A stretch of 64,000 bases of DNA from Hyphomicrobiales bacterium (GCA_016793355.1 JAEUMG010000084.1:24376-88375), one strand, 5' to 3'. Positions 8,602 through 18,619 are shown, counted from the first letter of the stretch. The notes: a model not told the origin generated them from the sequence alone. Numbers and translations are program-made.

Positions 8602-9864
8602 CTACGGCCTCATGACTTCGAGTGCGCGAAGGAGAACATCCGCCGAACCCATCTTGCCGGGCTTGAGATAGAGAGACAAAGCTTCGCCACCCTCCGCAAC
8701 GCAGAAACCGGTTCCATCCTTACCCCTTGGAATTGATCGCACACGCGTGATCTTGAGCGCGGCAACGATCGCTCCGGAGGTTTCACCACCCGAAACGATG
8801 AAGCGACGGACGCCGGACTCACGCAATCCAGCCGCCACCGCGGCCAGCATGCGTTCGGCACGTCTCGCCGCCCCGATGGGTCCCAGGGCAGCTTGCGCTC
8901 GTTGGACTCCCTCGGAACAGGTGGTTGTGGCAACCGCAAACGGATGGCCGCCAGTCATGTTGCGCGCCCAGGCCAGCGCCTCGACCACGGCTGCCTCTTC
9001 GCCTCGCGGATCGAGAAGGTCCAGCACATGGACGCGATGGACCTCTCCAAAACGTTTGAGATGGGACTCAGCGATCGGTCCAACGCTTCCAACAAAAACC
9101 GCCGCCGGACCGTCCACATGCCTGGGAGCCGGCGGTGGTGATCGACGCGAATTTTCGACCAGCCGATCGGCGAGCCCGATGATCAGCGAGTCGCCTGCCG
9201 CGACAGTGCACTGTCGTGCGGCCGCCACCTCGGCCGAAACATCGACGTCTCCGTCGTCCGTGACATCCATCAGGACATGCCCGGCGCCCTCACGGGCTAG
9301 GTCGTCCAACAGCGCATTCACATGCGCCGCTCCTTGCTGCAAGGCGCGGTGATTGATCAGGCGAACCGAATGCGGCGTCTGATGGCCCAGGAACCGGACG
9401 AGATCGGGATCGGGCATCGGGGTCAGCGGATCGAAGCGCTTGTGCGAGTCGGTCACGAGTCGACCGGCGACAAAGAGATATCCCTGGTGAACGGTAATAT
9501 CGAAGGCGGGAAAGCCCGCACTCATGATGACCGGCCGCGCGCCCAGCCGATCCGCAAGCAGGTCGGCGATCTGACCGATGTTTCCTTCCTCGGTCGAATC
9601 AAATGTTGCGCACGCCTTGTAGGCGATCCTCTCGCAGCTGATCGCTTCGAGAGCATCCGCGGCTCGCGCCGCCGCTTCGAGGGCTTCATCAAGCGGTATC
9701 GTTCTGGTTCGGCCGGCCGCAACGACAACCGGGGCATCCTGCAATTCCGCAATGGCGGCAGGATCGTAAGCCACCGGGCAATGGATGCCCAGTTCCTCGA
9801 TGTAACCCGCGACCATCAATCCCCCGGTAAAGTCGTCGGCTATGATCCCGAGCGCCGTCGCCAT
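8602..9864 (-). CDS. four-carbon acid sugar kinase family protein (DUF1537; OtnK/DtnK-like)
   Basis: 420 aa; N-terminal GIIADDFTGG motif and two-domain length typical of DUF1537 kinases. Confidence 0.8.
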   Translation of the reverse strand: MATALGIIADDFTGGLMVAGYIEELGIHCPVAYDPAAIAELQDAPVVVAAGRTRTIPLDEALEAAARAADALEAISCERIAYKACATFDSTEEGNIGQIADLLADRLGARPVIMSAGFPAFDITVHQGYLFVAGRLVTDSHKRFDPLTPMPDPDLVRFLGHQTPHSVRLINHRALQQGAAHVNALLDDLAREGAGHVLMDVTDDGDVDVSAEVAAARQCTVAAGDSLIIGLADRLVENSRRSPPPAPRHVDGPAAVFVGSVGPIAESHLKRFGEVHRVHVLDLLDPRGEEAAVVEALAWARNMTGGHPFAVATTTCSEGVQRAQAALGPIGAARRAERMLAAVAAGLRESGVRRFIVSGGETSGAIVAALKITRVRSIPRGKDGTGFCVAEGGEALSLYLKPGKMGSADVLLRALEVMRP

Positions 9865-9960
9865 TTCAATTCCTCACCGTGATCTTTTCTTGCGATCATG
9901 AATCAATTTCGGCCATGGCGCTATCTGCCGAACGGATGACCCATCGCGAATCCAGAAGCG

Positions 9961-10944
9961 CTAGGCATTGGCGAAGTGGCAATTCACCACGTGTCCCTGG
10001 GCAAGTGTCACAGGCGGGGGATCGATCTGCGCACAGATCGCAGCGGCTTTGGGGCAGCGGGTCCGAAAGCAACAGCCCGTTGGCCGGTTTGCCGGGCTTG
10101 GAATCTCGCCGCGCAGAACGATGCGCTGCCGCTTGCGCTCTCGTATCGGGTCCGGCATCGGTGCAGCCGAGAGCAATGCTTCCGTATAGGGATGAGCCGG
10201 ACGCTTGAAGAGGCGGTCGCGCGGCGCGGTTTCGACGATCTTGCCGAGATACATGACCGCGACGCGATCCGAGAAGTGGCGCACCACCGCAAGATTATGC
10301 GCGATGAACAGATAGGCGATCCCCAGATCCGCCTGCAGGTCTTTCAGCAGGTTGAGCACGTCGGCCTGGACCGAGACGTCCAATGCCGAAACCGGCTCGT
10401 CGAGCACGACCATCTCCGGGTTCACCGAAAGCGCACGCGCGATGCCGATGCGCTGCCGCTGGCCTCCCGAAAACGCGAAAGGATAGCGATCCCCGAATTC
10501 GGGGCGGAGCTGAACCCGTTGCATGGCCTGTTTCGCCCGCTCCACCTGTTCGCGGCGATCCATGCCAAGCATGCGCAGCGGCTCGGCGATAATTTCGCGC
10601 GCCGTCATACGCGGATGCAGGCTCGCATACGGGTTCTGAAACACCAGTTGGACATGACGGCGGAATGGCCGCATCTTGGCAGGCGAGAGTTTTGTGAGAT
10701 CCACGCCCTTGAAGAGAACCTGCCCCGCACTGGCTGTGACCAGCCGCAGGATGGCGCGGGCCAAGGTCGACTTCCCGCAGCCGGACTCACCGACTAGGCT
10801 CAATGTCTCGCCCGGAGCGACCTCGATCGATACGCCGGCTACCGCGCTGATGCTGCCCACCCGGCGAGGAAAGACAAGGCCTTTCAGGATCGGGAACTCG
10901 ACATGCACCCCCTCGACCTTGAGCAACGCGTCCTCAGCGGGCAT
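9961..10944 (-). CDS. peptide-type ABC transporter ATP-binding protein (DppF/OppF-like)
   Basis: Walker A GESGCGKST, signature FSGGQRQR, C-terminal Cys-rich oligopeptide-ABC extension. Confidence 0.85.
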   Translation of the reverse strand: MPAEDALLKVEGVHVEFPILKGLVFPRRVGSISAVAGVSIEVAPGETLSLVGESGCGKSTLARAILRLVTASAGQVLFKGVDLTKLSPAKMRPFRRHVQLVFQNPYASLHPRMTAREIIAEPLRMLGMDRREQVERAKQAMQRVQLRPEFGDRYPFAFSGGQRQRIGIARALSVNPEMVVLDEPVSALDVSVQADVLNLLKDLQADLGIAYLFIAHNLAVVRHFSDRVAVMYLGKIVETAPRDRLFKRPAHPYTEALLSAAPMPDPIRERKRQRIVLRGEIPSPANRPTGCCFRTRCPKAAAICAQIDPPPVTLAQGHVVNCHFANA

Positions 10945-11974
10945 CGGCAGTATCCGACGCGAGATTCAGTTCTTCCGCACGATGGCAGGCAACCACGGTC
11001 TCCCCGAAGCGCCGGAACTCGGGGTTATACTCAGCGCAGCGCGGCAGCGCGAAAGGGCAGCGCGGGTTGAACTGGCAACCGGGCGGGCGATCGGCGAGCG
11101 ACGGCGGCGTGCCGCGAATGGCGTATAGCCGCGCGACGTCGGCATCGATCGATGGCACGGCTGCCAGCAATCCGGCCGTGTAAGGATGGCGCGGCCGCTG
11201 AAAGACGGCACCGATCTCACCACATTCGGCGATACGGCCGGCATAGAGAATGGCGATGCGGTCGGCCAGGCCGGCGACCAGACCGAGATCATGGGTAATC
11301 AGCGCGATCGCCACGCCCTTCTCGCGCCGCAACCTGTTGAGGATATCGACGATCTGCGCCTGGATGGTCACGTCGAGTGCGGTGGTCGGCTCGTCGGCGA
11401 TCAGCAGGTCGGGGTCGTTGGCGACGGCGATGGCGATGACGATGCGCTGGCGCATGCCGCCGGAAAATTCATGCGGGTACTGATCGAAGCGTTTGTCCGG
11501 TGCCGGGATTGCCACCAATTCCATGAGCTCGATGGCGCGGTTGCGGAGCTCGCGGCTGGATAGAGAAGGATTGTGAAGCTCGATCGTCTCGACGATCTGC
11601 GCCCCGAGAGTCAGCACCGGATTGAGTGCCGTCATCGGATCCTGAAAGATCATCGCGATGCGGCCGCCGCGCAGTCGGCGCATCTGGCGTTCCGGCAAGC
11701 CGAGTATCTCCTGACCCTTGAACCGGATGGAGCCGGAGGCGCGCATGCCGGCCGGCAAAAGGCCCATGACGGCGAGCATGGACAGGCTCTTGCCGGAGCC
11801 CGACTCGCCGACCAGGCCTAGGATCTCTCCGCTCGCCACGGTGAAGCCGATATTCGCGACCGCAAGGTGCTCACCCTGGCGACCCGGGATGGCGATGCGC
11901 AGGTCGCGGACCTCCAATAGCGGCTCGGGGATCGCGGTCATGTCACCGATCTTCATGGCAGCGTGAGAGTTCAC
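10934..11974 (-). CDS. peptide-type ABC transporter ATP-binding protein (DppD/OppD-like)
   Basis: Walker A GESGSGKS, signature FSGGMRQR; overlaps neighbouring genes. Confidence 0.85.
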   Translation of the reverse strand: MNSHAAMKIGDMTAIPEPLLEVRDLRIAIPGRQGEHLAVANIGFTVASGEILGLVGESGSGKSLSMLAVMGLLPAGMRASGSIRFKGQEILGLPERQMRRLRGGRIAMIFQDPMTALNPVLTLGAQIVETIELHNPSLSSRELRNRAIELMELVAIPAPDKRFDQYPHEFSGGMRQRIVIAIAVANDPDLLIADEPTTALDVTIQAQIVDILNRLRREKGVAIALITHDLGLVAGLADRIAILYAGRIAECGEIGAVFQRPRHPYTAGLLAAVPSIDADVARLYAIRGTPPSLADRPPGCQFNPRCPFALPRCAEYNPEFRRFGETVVACHRAEELNLASDTADAR

Positions 11975-12834
11975 GCCGGTAGCTTCACTTGAGGATCTAG
12001 GACGTCACGCAGCGCATCGCCAAGAAAATTCGAACTGATCGAGATTAGGAAAATGGCCATGCCGGGAGCGAGAGCGATCCACCACGAATAGAAGTTGGAG
12101 GCACCCTCGGCGACCATCTGTCCCCATTCCGGCGCCGGCGGCTGGGCGCCAAGGCCAATGAAGCTGAGGCCGCTGGCCAGCAGGATGACGAGGCCGACAT
12201 CCATCGTCGTATTGACCAGGATGGGGCTCCAGCACAGCGGCATGATGTGCTTGAAGAGGATGCGAAAGCGCCCGGCGCCGGCGATCACGGCCGCGTCGAC
12301 ATGATCGAGTTTCTTCACATTCAAAACCTGCGCGCGCATCAGGCGGGCATAGATCGGCCACCACACGATGATGAGCGCGACCGCCGTATTGACGAGTCCG
12401 GGGCCGAGCGAGGCGGCGATCGCCATCGCAAGCAGCACCGGCGGGAAGGCAAGCGTAACGTCGGCCAATCGCATCACCGCATTATCGATGATGCCACCGA
12501 AGAAGCCGGCTGCCGTACCCAGGAGAACGCCAACGGGAACCGCAACCCCAAGTACGAAGACCGCAATCGGCAATGAATACCGGGTGCCCCAGAGCGCGCG
12601 GGTCAGAACATCCCGGCCGAGCGCATCGGTGCCGCACCAGTGCAGCGCACTTGGCGGCTGCAACCGCCTCCCGGCCATTCCGACTGGATCATAGGGCGAC
12701 CAAAGCGGTATGGTCACCGCGATGACGATGAAGCTGATTATAACGAAGAGGGCGAAGATGAGCGTCGCCGAGCTCCAGCGCAGCGTGATCCCGGGCCATA
12801 TCGACTTGCTCTTCAACGATGCCGCAACCGTCAT
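11971..12834 (-). CDS. peptide-type ABC transporter permease (DppC-like)
   Basis: 287-aa polytopic membrane protein with BPD-transport EAA-like loop; 4-nt overlaps with both neighbours. Confidence 0.85.
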   Translation of the reverse strand: MTVAASLKSKSIWPGITLRWSSATLIFALFVIISFIVIAVTIPLWSPYDPVGMAGRRLQPPSALHWCGTDALGRDVLTRALWGTRYSLPIAVFVLGVAVPVGVLLGTAAGFFGGIIDNAVMRLADVTLAFPPVLLAMAIAASLGPGLVNTAVALIIVWWPIYARLMRAQVLNVKKLDHVDAAVIAGAGRFRILFKHIMPLCWSPILVNTTMDVGLVILLASGLSFIGLGAQPPAPEWGQMVAEGASNFYSWWIALAPGMAIFLISISSNFLGDALRDVLDPQVKLPA

Positions 12835-13850
12835 GCTGCCGCGCCGCGCATCCTGGGATCGGCGGCCGCGTAGGCGATATCAGTGAGCAGGTTTGCGATC
12901 AGAAATCCCAGACCACCGATAATGGTCACACCCGTAATGGCCGGATAGTCGAGCGCGCGTGCAGCCTCGACGGCGTAGGAGCCGATGCCCGGCCATGAGA
13001 AGATCGCCTCCACCAGCACCGAACCGGTAATGAGATAGGCGAAGGTGAAGCCGAGGATGGTCAGCGCCGGAATGAGAGCATTGCGCAGCGCGTGATGGAC
13101 GAGCACACGCGTGGCGCTCGCCCCTTTGGCACGGGCCATGGTTATGAAGTCCTGCTTCATCACGTCGAGGAGGCTGGCGCGGACCATGCGCGACACGATC
13201 CCGGTGACCGACCATCCGAGCACCAGCGCGGGCAAAACCAGGTGAAGGGCGGCATCGACGAAAGCATTCCAGCTATCGACCAGCAGCGTATCGACGAGCA
13301 TGAATCCTGTGACGGGCTCGATCTGTTCGGCGCGCAAGTCCAGCCGCCCCGGACCCGGCAACCATGGCAGTTGCACGGTGAACAGGAACAAGACCAGCAA
13401 GCCCAGCCAGTAAATCGGAAGGCAGGACCCAAGCAGCGCGATGAATCGTGCCGCGTGGTCGGCGGCCCTGTCGTGAAACTGCGCCGAGATCACCCCGAGC
13501 AGAAGTCCCGATGCCGCGCCCACAATCATGGCGCAGATCACAAGCTCGAGCGTCGCCGGCAGTCGCTGCGCCAGATCGGCGAGGACCGGCTGCTTGGTGC
13601 GAAACGATACGCCGAGATCGCCACGAGCCAGGTTCTTGACGTAGATCACATAGCGCTCGGGGATCGAGCGATCCAGTCCCCAGCGCTTCTTCGCGGCGGC
13701 CACGACCTCGGGATTGGTCAGGGCCTTGGCGCCGATGATCGACACCAGCGGATTGCCCTTGGTGAACTGCGCCAGGATGAAGGTCGCGGTGACGATGCCC
13801 AGGAGCAAGAAGGGCATCACGAACAGCCGCCTCAGCACGACCTCCAGCAC
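12831..13850 (-). CDS. peptide-type ABC transporter permease (DppB-like)
   Basis: 339-aa polytopic membrane protein with typical DppB N-terminus (RRL..MPFLLLGI.TATF). Confidence 0.85.
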   Translation of the reverse strand: MLEVVLRRLFVMPFLLLGIVTATFILAQFTKGNPLVSIIGAKALTNPEVVAAAKKRWGLDRSIPERYVIYVKNLARGDLGVSFRTKQPVLADLAQRLPATLELVICAMIVGAASGLLLGVISAQFHDRAADHAARFIALLGSCLPIYWLGLLVLFLFTVQLPWLPGPGRLDLRAEQIEPVTGFMLVDTLLVDSWNAFVDAALHLVLPALVLGWSVTGIVSRMVRASLLDVMKQDFITMARAKGASATRVLVHHALRNALIPALTILGFTFAYLITGSVLVEAIFSWPGIGSYAVEAARALDYPAITGVTIIGGLGFLIANLLTDIAYAAADPRMRGAAA

Positions 13851-13862
13851 TGGCCTTCCACC

Positions 13863-15479
13863 TCAGTTCTTTACGATCTCCGCGAGAGGCAGGTTACAGC
13901 AGGCGCTGTAGCGCACGCCACCAATATCCTTGCGATGGGCGAGTACGAGGTTGGGACTCACGAGCGGAAGAATGATCTTGTCGTCGATCATCTTCATGGC
14001 AAGCGCGCGATAGGCCTCCTCCTGCTGCTCGATCGCGGCGGCAAGCGCCTTGTTGAACAATTCAAGCTCTTCCTTGCCATCGAGCCCTTCTGCCTTGCCG
14101 ACCCCTGCCCGCGTGCCCCACGGCATATTGGGAATCATGCCGAAATACTGGACATACTGGGCACTGCCGAAATAGTCCGGGGCGAAGAAGCCGATCGTAA
14201 AAGGCACCGGCTTGTCGATGTCGGTGACCCAGACGTTGAAGGTTGCAGGCTTGAGCGCAAGCTTCACGTTGATCTTCGCCAAATCCTGCTCGAGCTTCTG
14301 CGCCAGCAACGAGAGATCGATGCCGTAGACGTTCATCGCGGCGAAGGTGAGATCCAGCGTGAAGCCGTCGGCAAGACCGGCCTTTGCCAGAAGCTCCTTG
14401 GCCTTCTCTATGTTTGTCTCCGGATCTGGCAGGTTGGAGGTTCCGGGGAATCCGTTGGGAATGGCCGCCGGCTGCAGTTTTCCCTCGCCGCCCACCGTGA
14501 AGTCGATGGCGCCCTTGTAGTCGATCGCCAACGCAATGGCTTCGCGGACATCGCGCGTCAGGGGAACGGGCGAGCCTTCCGCAACCGGGCTAAAGGCCAC
14601 ATAGACGAAGTTGAAGGACGGGATGGTCTGAAAGACGATATTCGGATCCTGTATGCTTTTGGCAGTATCTGGATCGATCTGCATCGCAATATCGGCCGTG
14701 CCTGATCCCAGCATCTGTGCTTGGGTCACGGCATCGGCCGTCTGCTTCATGATGACGACTGCGGCCGCCGGTTTCGTGCCCCAATAGTTATCATTGCGCT
14801 TGAAGCGCAGATTGTCGTCCGCCTTGTAGCTTTCAAGCGTAAAGGGGCCGCTTCCCGCGGAATTCGACAGGAACCAGGTATCGGAAGTGTCGCTGGTTGC
14901 CGCGTCTTCCGCTGCATTCGCGCCGTTTGCTGAGGCGAGCTTGCTGTTGATGATGCCGGTATAGGGCGCGGAAAGAATGCCGAGGAGTTCCGAATTGGGC
15001 GTCTTGGTGGTGATGACGACAGTATGCGGATCCTTGACCTCGATCGACTTCACGCTGTCCATCAAATAGGAAGCGCTGCCCTTGACGTTCTTCAGCCGCT
15101 CGAGCGTCCACTTGACGTCGTCACCGGTCACAGGACTTCCGTCGGAAAACTTTGCCGCCGGATTGAGGTTGAATGTGAATGTGGTGACATCGGGCGATAC
15201 CTCCCACTTCTCCGCGAGGCTTGGGATGATCGTCTTGTTGTCGGCCGCGAGCGTGAGCAGCGGCTGATAGACCGCCGAAAGATAGATCTGGCAGGTGTCG
15301 CAGTAAGCGCGCGCCGGATCGAGCGAGTTGATGTCCATCGCACGCGCGACGACGATCGTATCGTCCGCGGCTTTGGCTTCTGCACTTATGCCGAGGGTGC
15401 CGACCAGGGCAGCGGCGAGCAGGACGCGAGTAAATTTAGGCTTCAGGCGGAGGAAAACCGAAGGGAGCACGTCAACCAT
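13863..15479 (-). CDS. ABC transporter substrate-binding protein, family 5 (peptide/nickel/opine type)
   Basis: Signal peptide ending AEAKA and family-5 SBP size; start set at ATG 15479 with GGAG 8 nt upstream (ORF reaches 15500 via TTG). Confidence 0.85.
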   Translation of the reverse strand: MVDVLPSVFLRLKPKFTRVLLAAALVGTLGISAEAKAADDTIVVARAMDINSLDPARAYCDTCQIYLSAVYQPLLTLAADNKTIIPSLAEKWEVSPDVTTFTFNLNPAAKFSDGSPVTGDDVKWTLERLKNVKGSASYLMDSVKSIEVKDPHTVVITTKTPNSELLGILSAPYTGIINSKLASANGANAAEDAATSDTSDTWFLSNSAGSGPFTLESYKADDNLRFKRNDNYWGTKPAAAVVIMKQTADAVTQAQMLGSGTADIAMQIDPDTAKSIQDPNIVFQTIPSFNFVYVAFSPVAEGSPVPLTRDVREAIALAIDYKGAIDFTVGGEGKLQPAAIPNGFPGTSNLPDPETNIEKAKELLAKAGLADGFTLDLTFAAMNVYGIDLSLLAQKLEQDLAKINVKLALKPATFNVWVTDIDKPVPFTIGFFAPDYFGSAQYVQYFGMIPNMPWGTRAGVGKAEGLDGKEELELFNKALAAAIEQQEEAYRALAMKMIDDKIILPLVSPNLVLAHRKDIGGVRYSACCNLPLAEIVKN

Positions 15480-15496
15480 CAGAGCATCTCCATGGA

Positions 15497-16753
15497 TCAA
15501 TTGCGGGAAACACCGGCGCTGTTAGTTAGTGAGTCACGAACTGCCCGGAAGCCGTGTTCAGCAGCGTCGAGCGCGCGTTCGATGTCGTTCGTCGTATGGG
15601 CTGCTGACAGAAACATATTGTGCAACGGGTGGAAGTAGATTCCGCGCTTCACGGTTGCCGAGCAGAAGGCGAAGCCCTTGCGGTTGTCGGGGTCGTCCTC
15701 GAAAAGCACCATCGGCATCTGGACAGGTCCGGTCTGGCGTATCGGCAAGCCGTGAGTTTTGCTCAGGGATCCGAGCCCGTCACGTAGCATGCCGCCAAGG
15801 CGCTCCATATGCTCGATCGCATTGTCGCGCCGCAGCGCCGTCAGTGTCGCTACCGCCGCCGCCATCGAGACAGCAGAACACCAGAAAGACCCGGTGGTGA
15901 AGAGCTTGCTCGTCGCATCGCGGAAGCGCTCGTTGCCGGTCACCGCCGCCAGCGCAAAGCCGTTGGCGATCGATTTGCTCCAGGCCGAGAGGTCGGGCCG
16001 AACACCCACAGCTTCCCAGGAGCCGCCAAGGTTGAGCCGGAATCCGGCCCGGACGTCGTCGACGATCAACGCGGCATCCGCGGCGTCGGCCGCCGCACGC
16101 GCAGCCTTCGCAAACTCGCGGGTCGGCAAGCACTGGTCGCGGCCGTAATCGTGCTTGAAGGCGCTGGCAATGATCCCGGCGAGGTCGCCGCGGGCTTGAT
16201 CCGCAGCCCGGTTGAGACTTTCGACGTCGTTATATTCGTACTGGACGATATGCGCCCGATCCTCGGCGGTCACGCCGAGCAGCGATGGCGAGCACCACGG
16301 CACCGCCCCGTGATAGGCACCGCTCGCAACGAGGATTTTGCGCCGGCCCGTACCGGCGCGCGAGATCGTCGCGGCAGTGGTCATAGCGTCGCTGCCGTTC
16401 TTCTGGAACTGCGCCCATGTGGCATGCGGCAGCATCTCGACGAGCAGCTCCGCGAGCTCGACCATGGATTCGCTCGGGCCGTTCAGGCAGTCGCCGCGCG
16501 CGAGCTGCTTCTGCGCTGCTTCGTCAACTTCGGGATGATGATGCCCAAGGATGATCGGGCCCCAGCTGCACATGAAGTCGACGAACTCGTTGCCGTCGAC
16601 ATCCCACAACCGGCTGCCTGAGCCGCGGGCGAAAAACTGCGGATAGCCTTCCGGAAGCGCGGCCGCGTTCATGTGGCCCCACATGCCGCCTGGGACGACT
16701 TTCTTGGCGCGATTGCGCAACTCCGAGTCGAGCGAGTTTACCTGTTTGTCCAT
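15497..16753 (-). CDS. class III (omega/GSA-type) aminotransferase
   Basis: 418 aa resembling glutamate-1-semialdehyde aminomutase-like aminotransferases (GPIILGHHHPEV, GAYHG); first gene of the Dpp-like operon. Confidence 0.85.
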   Translation of the reverse strand: MDKQVNSLDSELRNRAKKVVPGGMWGHMNAAALPEGYPQFFARGSGSRLWDVDGNEFVDFMCSWGPIILGHHHPEVDEAAQKQLARGDCLNGPSESMVELAELLVEMLPHATWAQFQKNGSDAMTTAATISRAGTGRRKILVASGAYHGAVPWCSPSLLGVTAEDRAHIVQYEYNDVESLNRAADQARGDLAGIIASAFKHDYGRDQCLPTREFAKAARAAADAADAALIVDDVRAGFRLNLGGSWEAVGVRPDLSAWSKSIANGFALAAVTGNERFRDATSKLFTTGSFWCSAVSMAAAVATLTALRRDNAIEHMERLGGMLRDGLGSLSKTHGLPIRQTGPVQMPMVLFEDDPDNRKGFAFCSATVKRGIYFHPLHNMFLSAAHTTNDIERALDAAEHGFRAVRDSLTNSAGVSRN

Positions 16754-17176
16754 TTCCGCCTGTCGCGGGTGAATTTCAGGTCAGAATGCTAGGTCACGCA
16801 CTGGCGGCTGCCAATCGACCGAAAGTAATACGGGTGTCGGCTCTACGACTTGACGTGGGTATCCTGGCAAGCAGGCCAAGGCGCCGACCTCGCCTCTGTT
16901 CCTCGTCCACATCGGTTCAATTCTTGGGCAAGGACGGTTCCATCACCCGACTTCACTCAATGCGCTATCGCCTACTGCACACGGATCGCACACGTCGACT
17001 TCTAAGAGATTGATTTCTTTGCCTTGTCGCTCCCATCCGTCATGGGTGCAACGGCGAATATTTTTCCCTTACAATTCAATATCTTGCCTTTACTATCCGA
17101 GAAAACAAACGTGTTCGTGCGCACACGATTTCGGAGAGGAGTGCACACGGATACCGGGCGTCGTCAAGCTAGCCTT

Positions 17177-17739
17177 TTACCTGGCCGGCTTGAGACTCGA
17201 CAGCCCTTCGATATTTGTGTCGGGCCTATTGCCCTCGTCTCCCGACAGCGTAACGATTTCGCGCGTTGTTTCCCCGGTCTCCCGATTCACGACCGATTTA
17301 GTGGCTGTTACAGCCACGATCTCATCGCTAAAGCGTCCGGCGGTCTGCGCGGCCGCGGTGCGCTGCTGCGACTGCAGCGCGTAGGCGTCCTGTCTTTCGC
17401 GCGAAATGCCATACCGGCCGGCTACCACTTCCGCGGTATCGATCATGGTCATATAGGCATCGTCACGCACGGCCACGAGTTCGGGATCGACATGCCCGAG
17501 ACTTCGACCGGCTAGCCGGCGCGCAATGCCGCCGTCCGGCCGATCGTGTGCTGCAATCCTTGGGATAGAGCGCAGCCGATGATGCAGTCGTCGATCTCTC
17601 CCGGCTCAACTCCCGAGCGTTCCACTGCGGCGCGAATCGCGTGTGCCGCAAGGGTCGGCGCCGATGTCGCGTTAAAGATGCCGCGATAGGCCCGGCCTAT
17701 CGGAGTCCTCGCCCTAGAAAGGATCAACACATCGCGCAT
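17177..17739 (-). pseudogene. acetyl-CoA acetyltransferase (thiolase) pseudogene: internal ~142-bp deletion plus 3' truncation
   Basis: Two ORF fragments (17512-17829 and 17177-17476) in different frames. They match residues ~1-75 and ~150-250 of the intact thiolase at 29852-31024. The active-site Cys region and the C-terminal third are missing. Confidence 0.8.
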
Positions 17740-17911
17740 CTCAGGCTGCTCCATTGACGGCATTCTCAATTTCGAGCCTACTCTGGCATTTGCCATTTTC
17801 CGGAACGAACTCTCCGGCTCGGTCGACAATCTTCGACCAGGAGGCCGCTATCAATTCAGGCGCGTCGGGTCCATCACCGACGAATAGGCCCGGCGTCAGC
17901 GTCACATGGAC
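17188..17911 (-). repeat. copy A of a duplicated SDR-3'end/thiolase-5' segment (partner 30322-31203)
   Basis: Direct nucleotide alignment by eye; best-conserved ~180 nt roughly 90-95% identical; boundaries approximate. Confidence 0.8.
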
Positions 17912-18619
17912 TGCTTCAAAGGACCCCGCACCGGCGCAAAGAATAGCGCGCGTCGGTGCGTTCTCGCTAACCAGAACCAGCACACCAGGACTCACGCAGC
18001 TGGGCTTCAGCAAGTCGAGTTCCTCCGGTGGCAGGAGGCCCTGTAGCATCTGCGTTGCCGCGGTCGGCGCGATGCAGTTGACGCGGATATTGTTGCGCGC
18101 CCCCTCCAGCGCAAGCGTCTGCATCAAGCCCACCAGCGCCATCTTGGCGGCGCCGTAATTTGACTGGCCGAAATTTCCATAGAGGCCGGACGATGACGTC
18201 GTCATCACGACGCGGCCGTAGTTCTGCGCGCGCATGCAATCCCACACGGCCTTGGTGCAGTTCACGGAACCCATCAGATGCACCTCAACCACCAGCCGGA
18301 AATCGGCAGTATCCATCTTGGCAAATGTCTTGTCGCGGAGAATGCCGGCATTGTTGACCAGGATGTCCACTCTACCCCAGCGCGAAATTGTGTCATCGAC
18401 CATCGCCTGTACGGCATCGAAATCCATAACCGATGCTGCGACCGCAACCGCCCCGCCGCCGACCGCCACGATCTCGGCAGCGACCGCCTCGGCCGCCGCT
18501 TGATCGAGATCATTGGCGACAACGCGCGCGCCGCGCTTCGCAAGCAGCAAGGCGTGCTCGCGGCCAAGACCATTTCCGGCGCCCGTGACGATGGCAACAC
18601 GTCCTGAGAGATCGATCAT
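17741..18619 (-). CDS. SDR family oxidoreductase, HSD17B4/MFE-2-type 3-hydroxyacyl-CoA dehydrogenase-like
   Basis: TGAGNGLG cofactor motif and YGAAK catalytic motif; start at ATG 18619 with AGGAAG upstream. Confidence 0.85.
   Translation of the reverse strand: MIDLSGRVAIVTGAGNGLGREHALLLAKRGARVVANDLDQAAAEAVAAEIVAVGGGAVAVAASVMDFDAVQAMVDDTISRWGRVDILVNNAGILRDKTFAKMDTADFRLVVEVHLMGSVNCTKAVWDCMRAQNYGRVVMTTSSSGLYGNFGQSNYGAAKMALVGLMQTLALEGARNNIRVNCIAPTAATQMLQGLLPPEELDLLKPSCVSPGVLVLVSENAPTRAILCAGAGSFEAVHVTLTPGLFVGDGPDAPELIAASWSKIVDRAGEFVPENGKCQSRLEIENAVNGAA

Noticed and set aside
13092-14705. 537-aa + strand ORF spanning the DppB-like permease and SBP genes
   Set aside because: It crosses a gene boundary on the opposite strand, has extreme Arg/Asp/His/Gly content, and no domain pattern. 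It is a shadow ORF.
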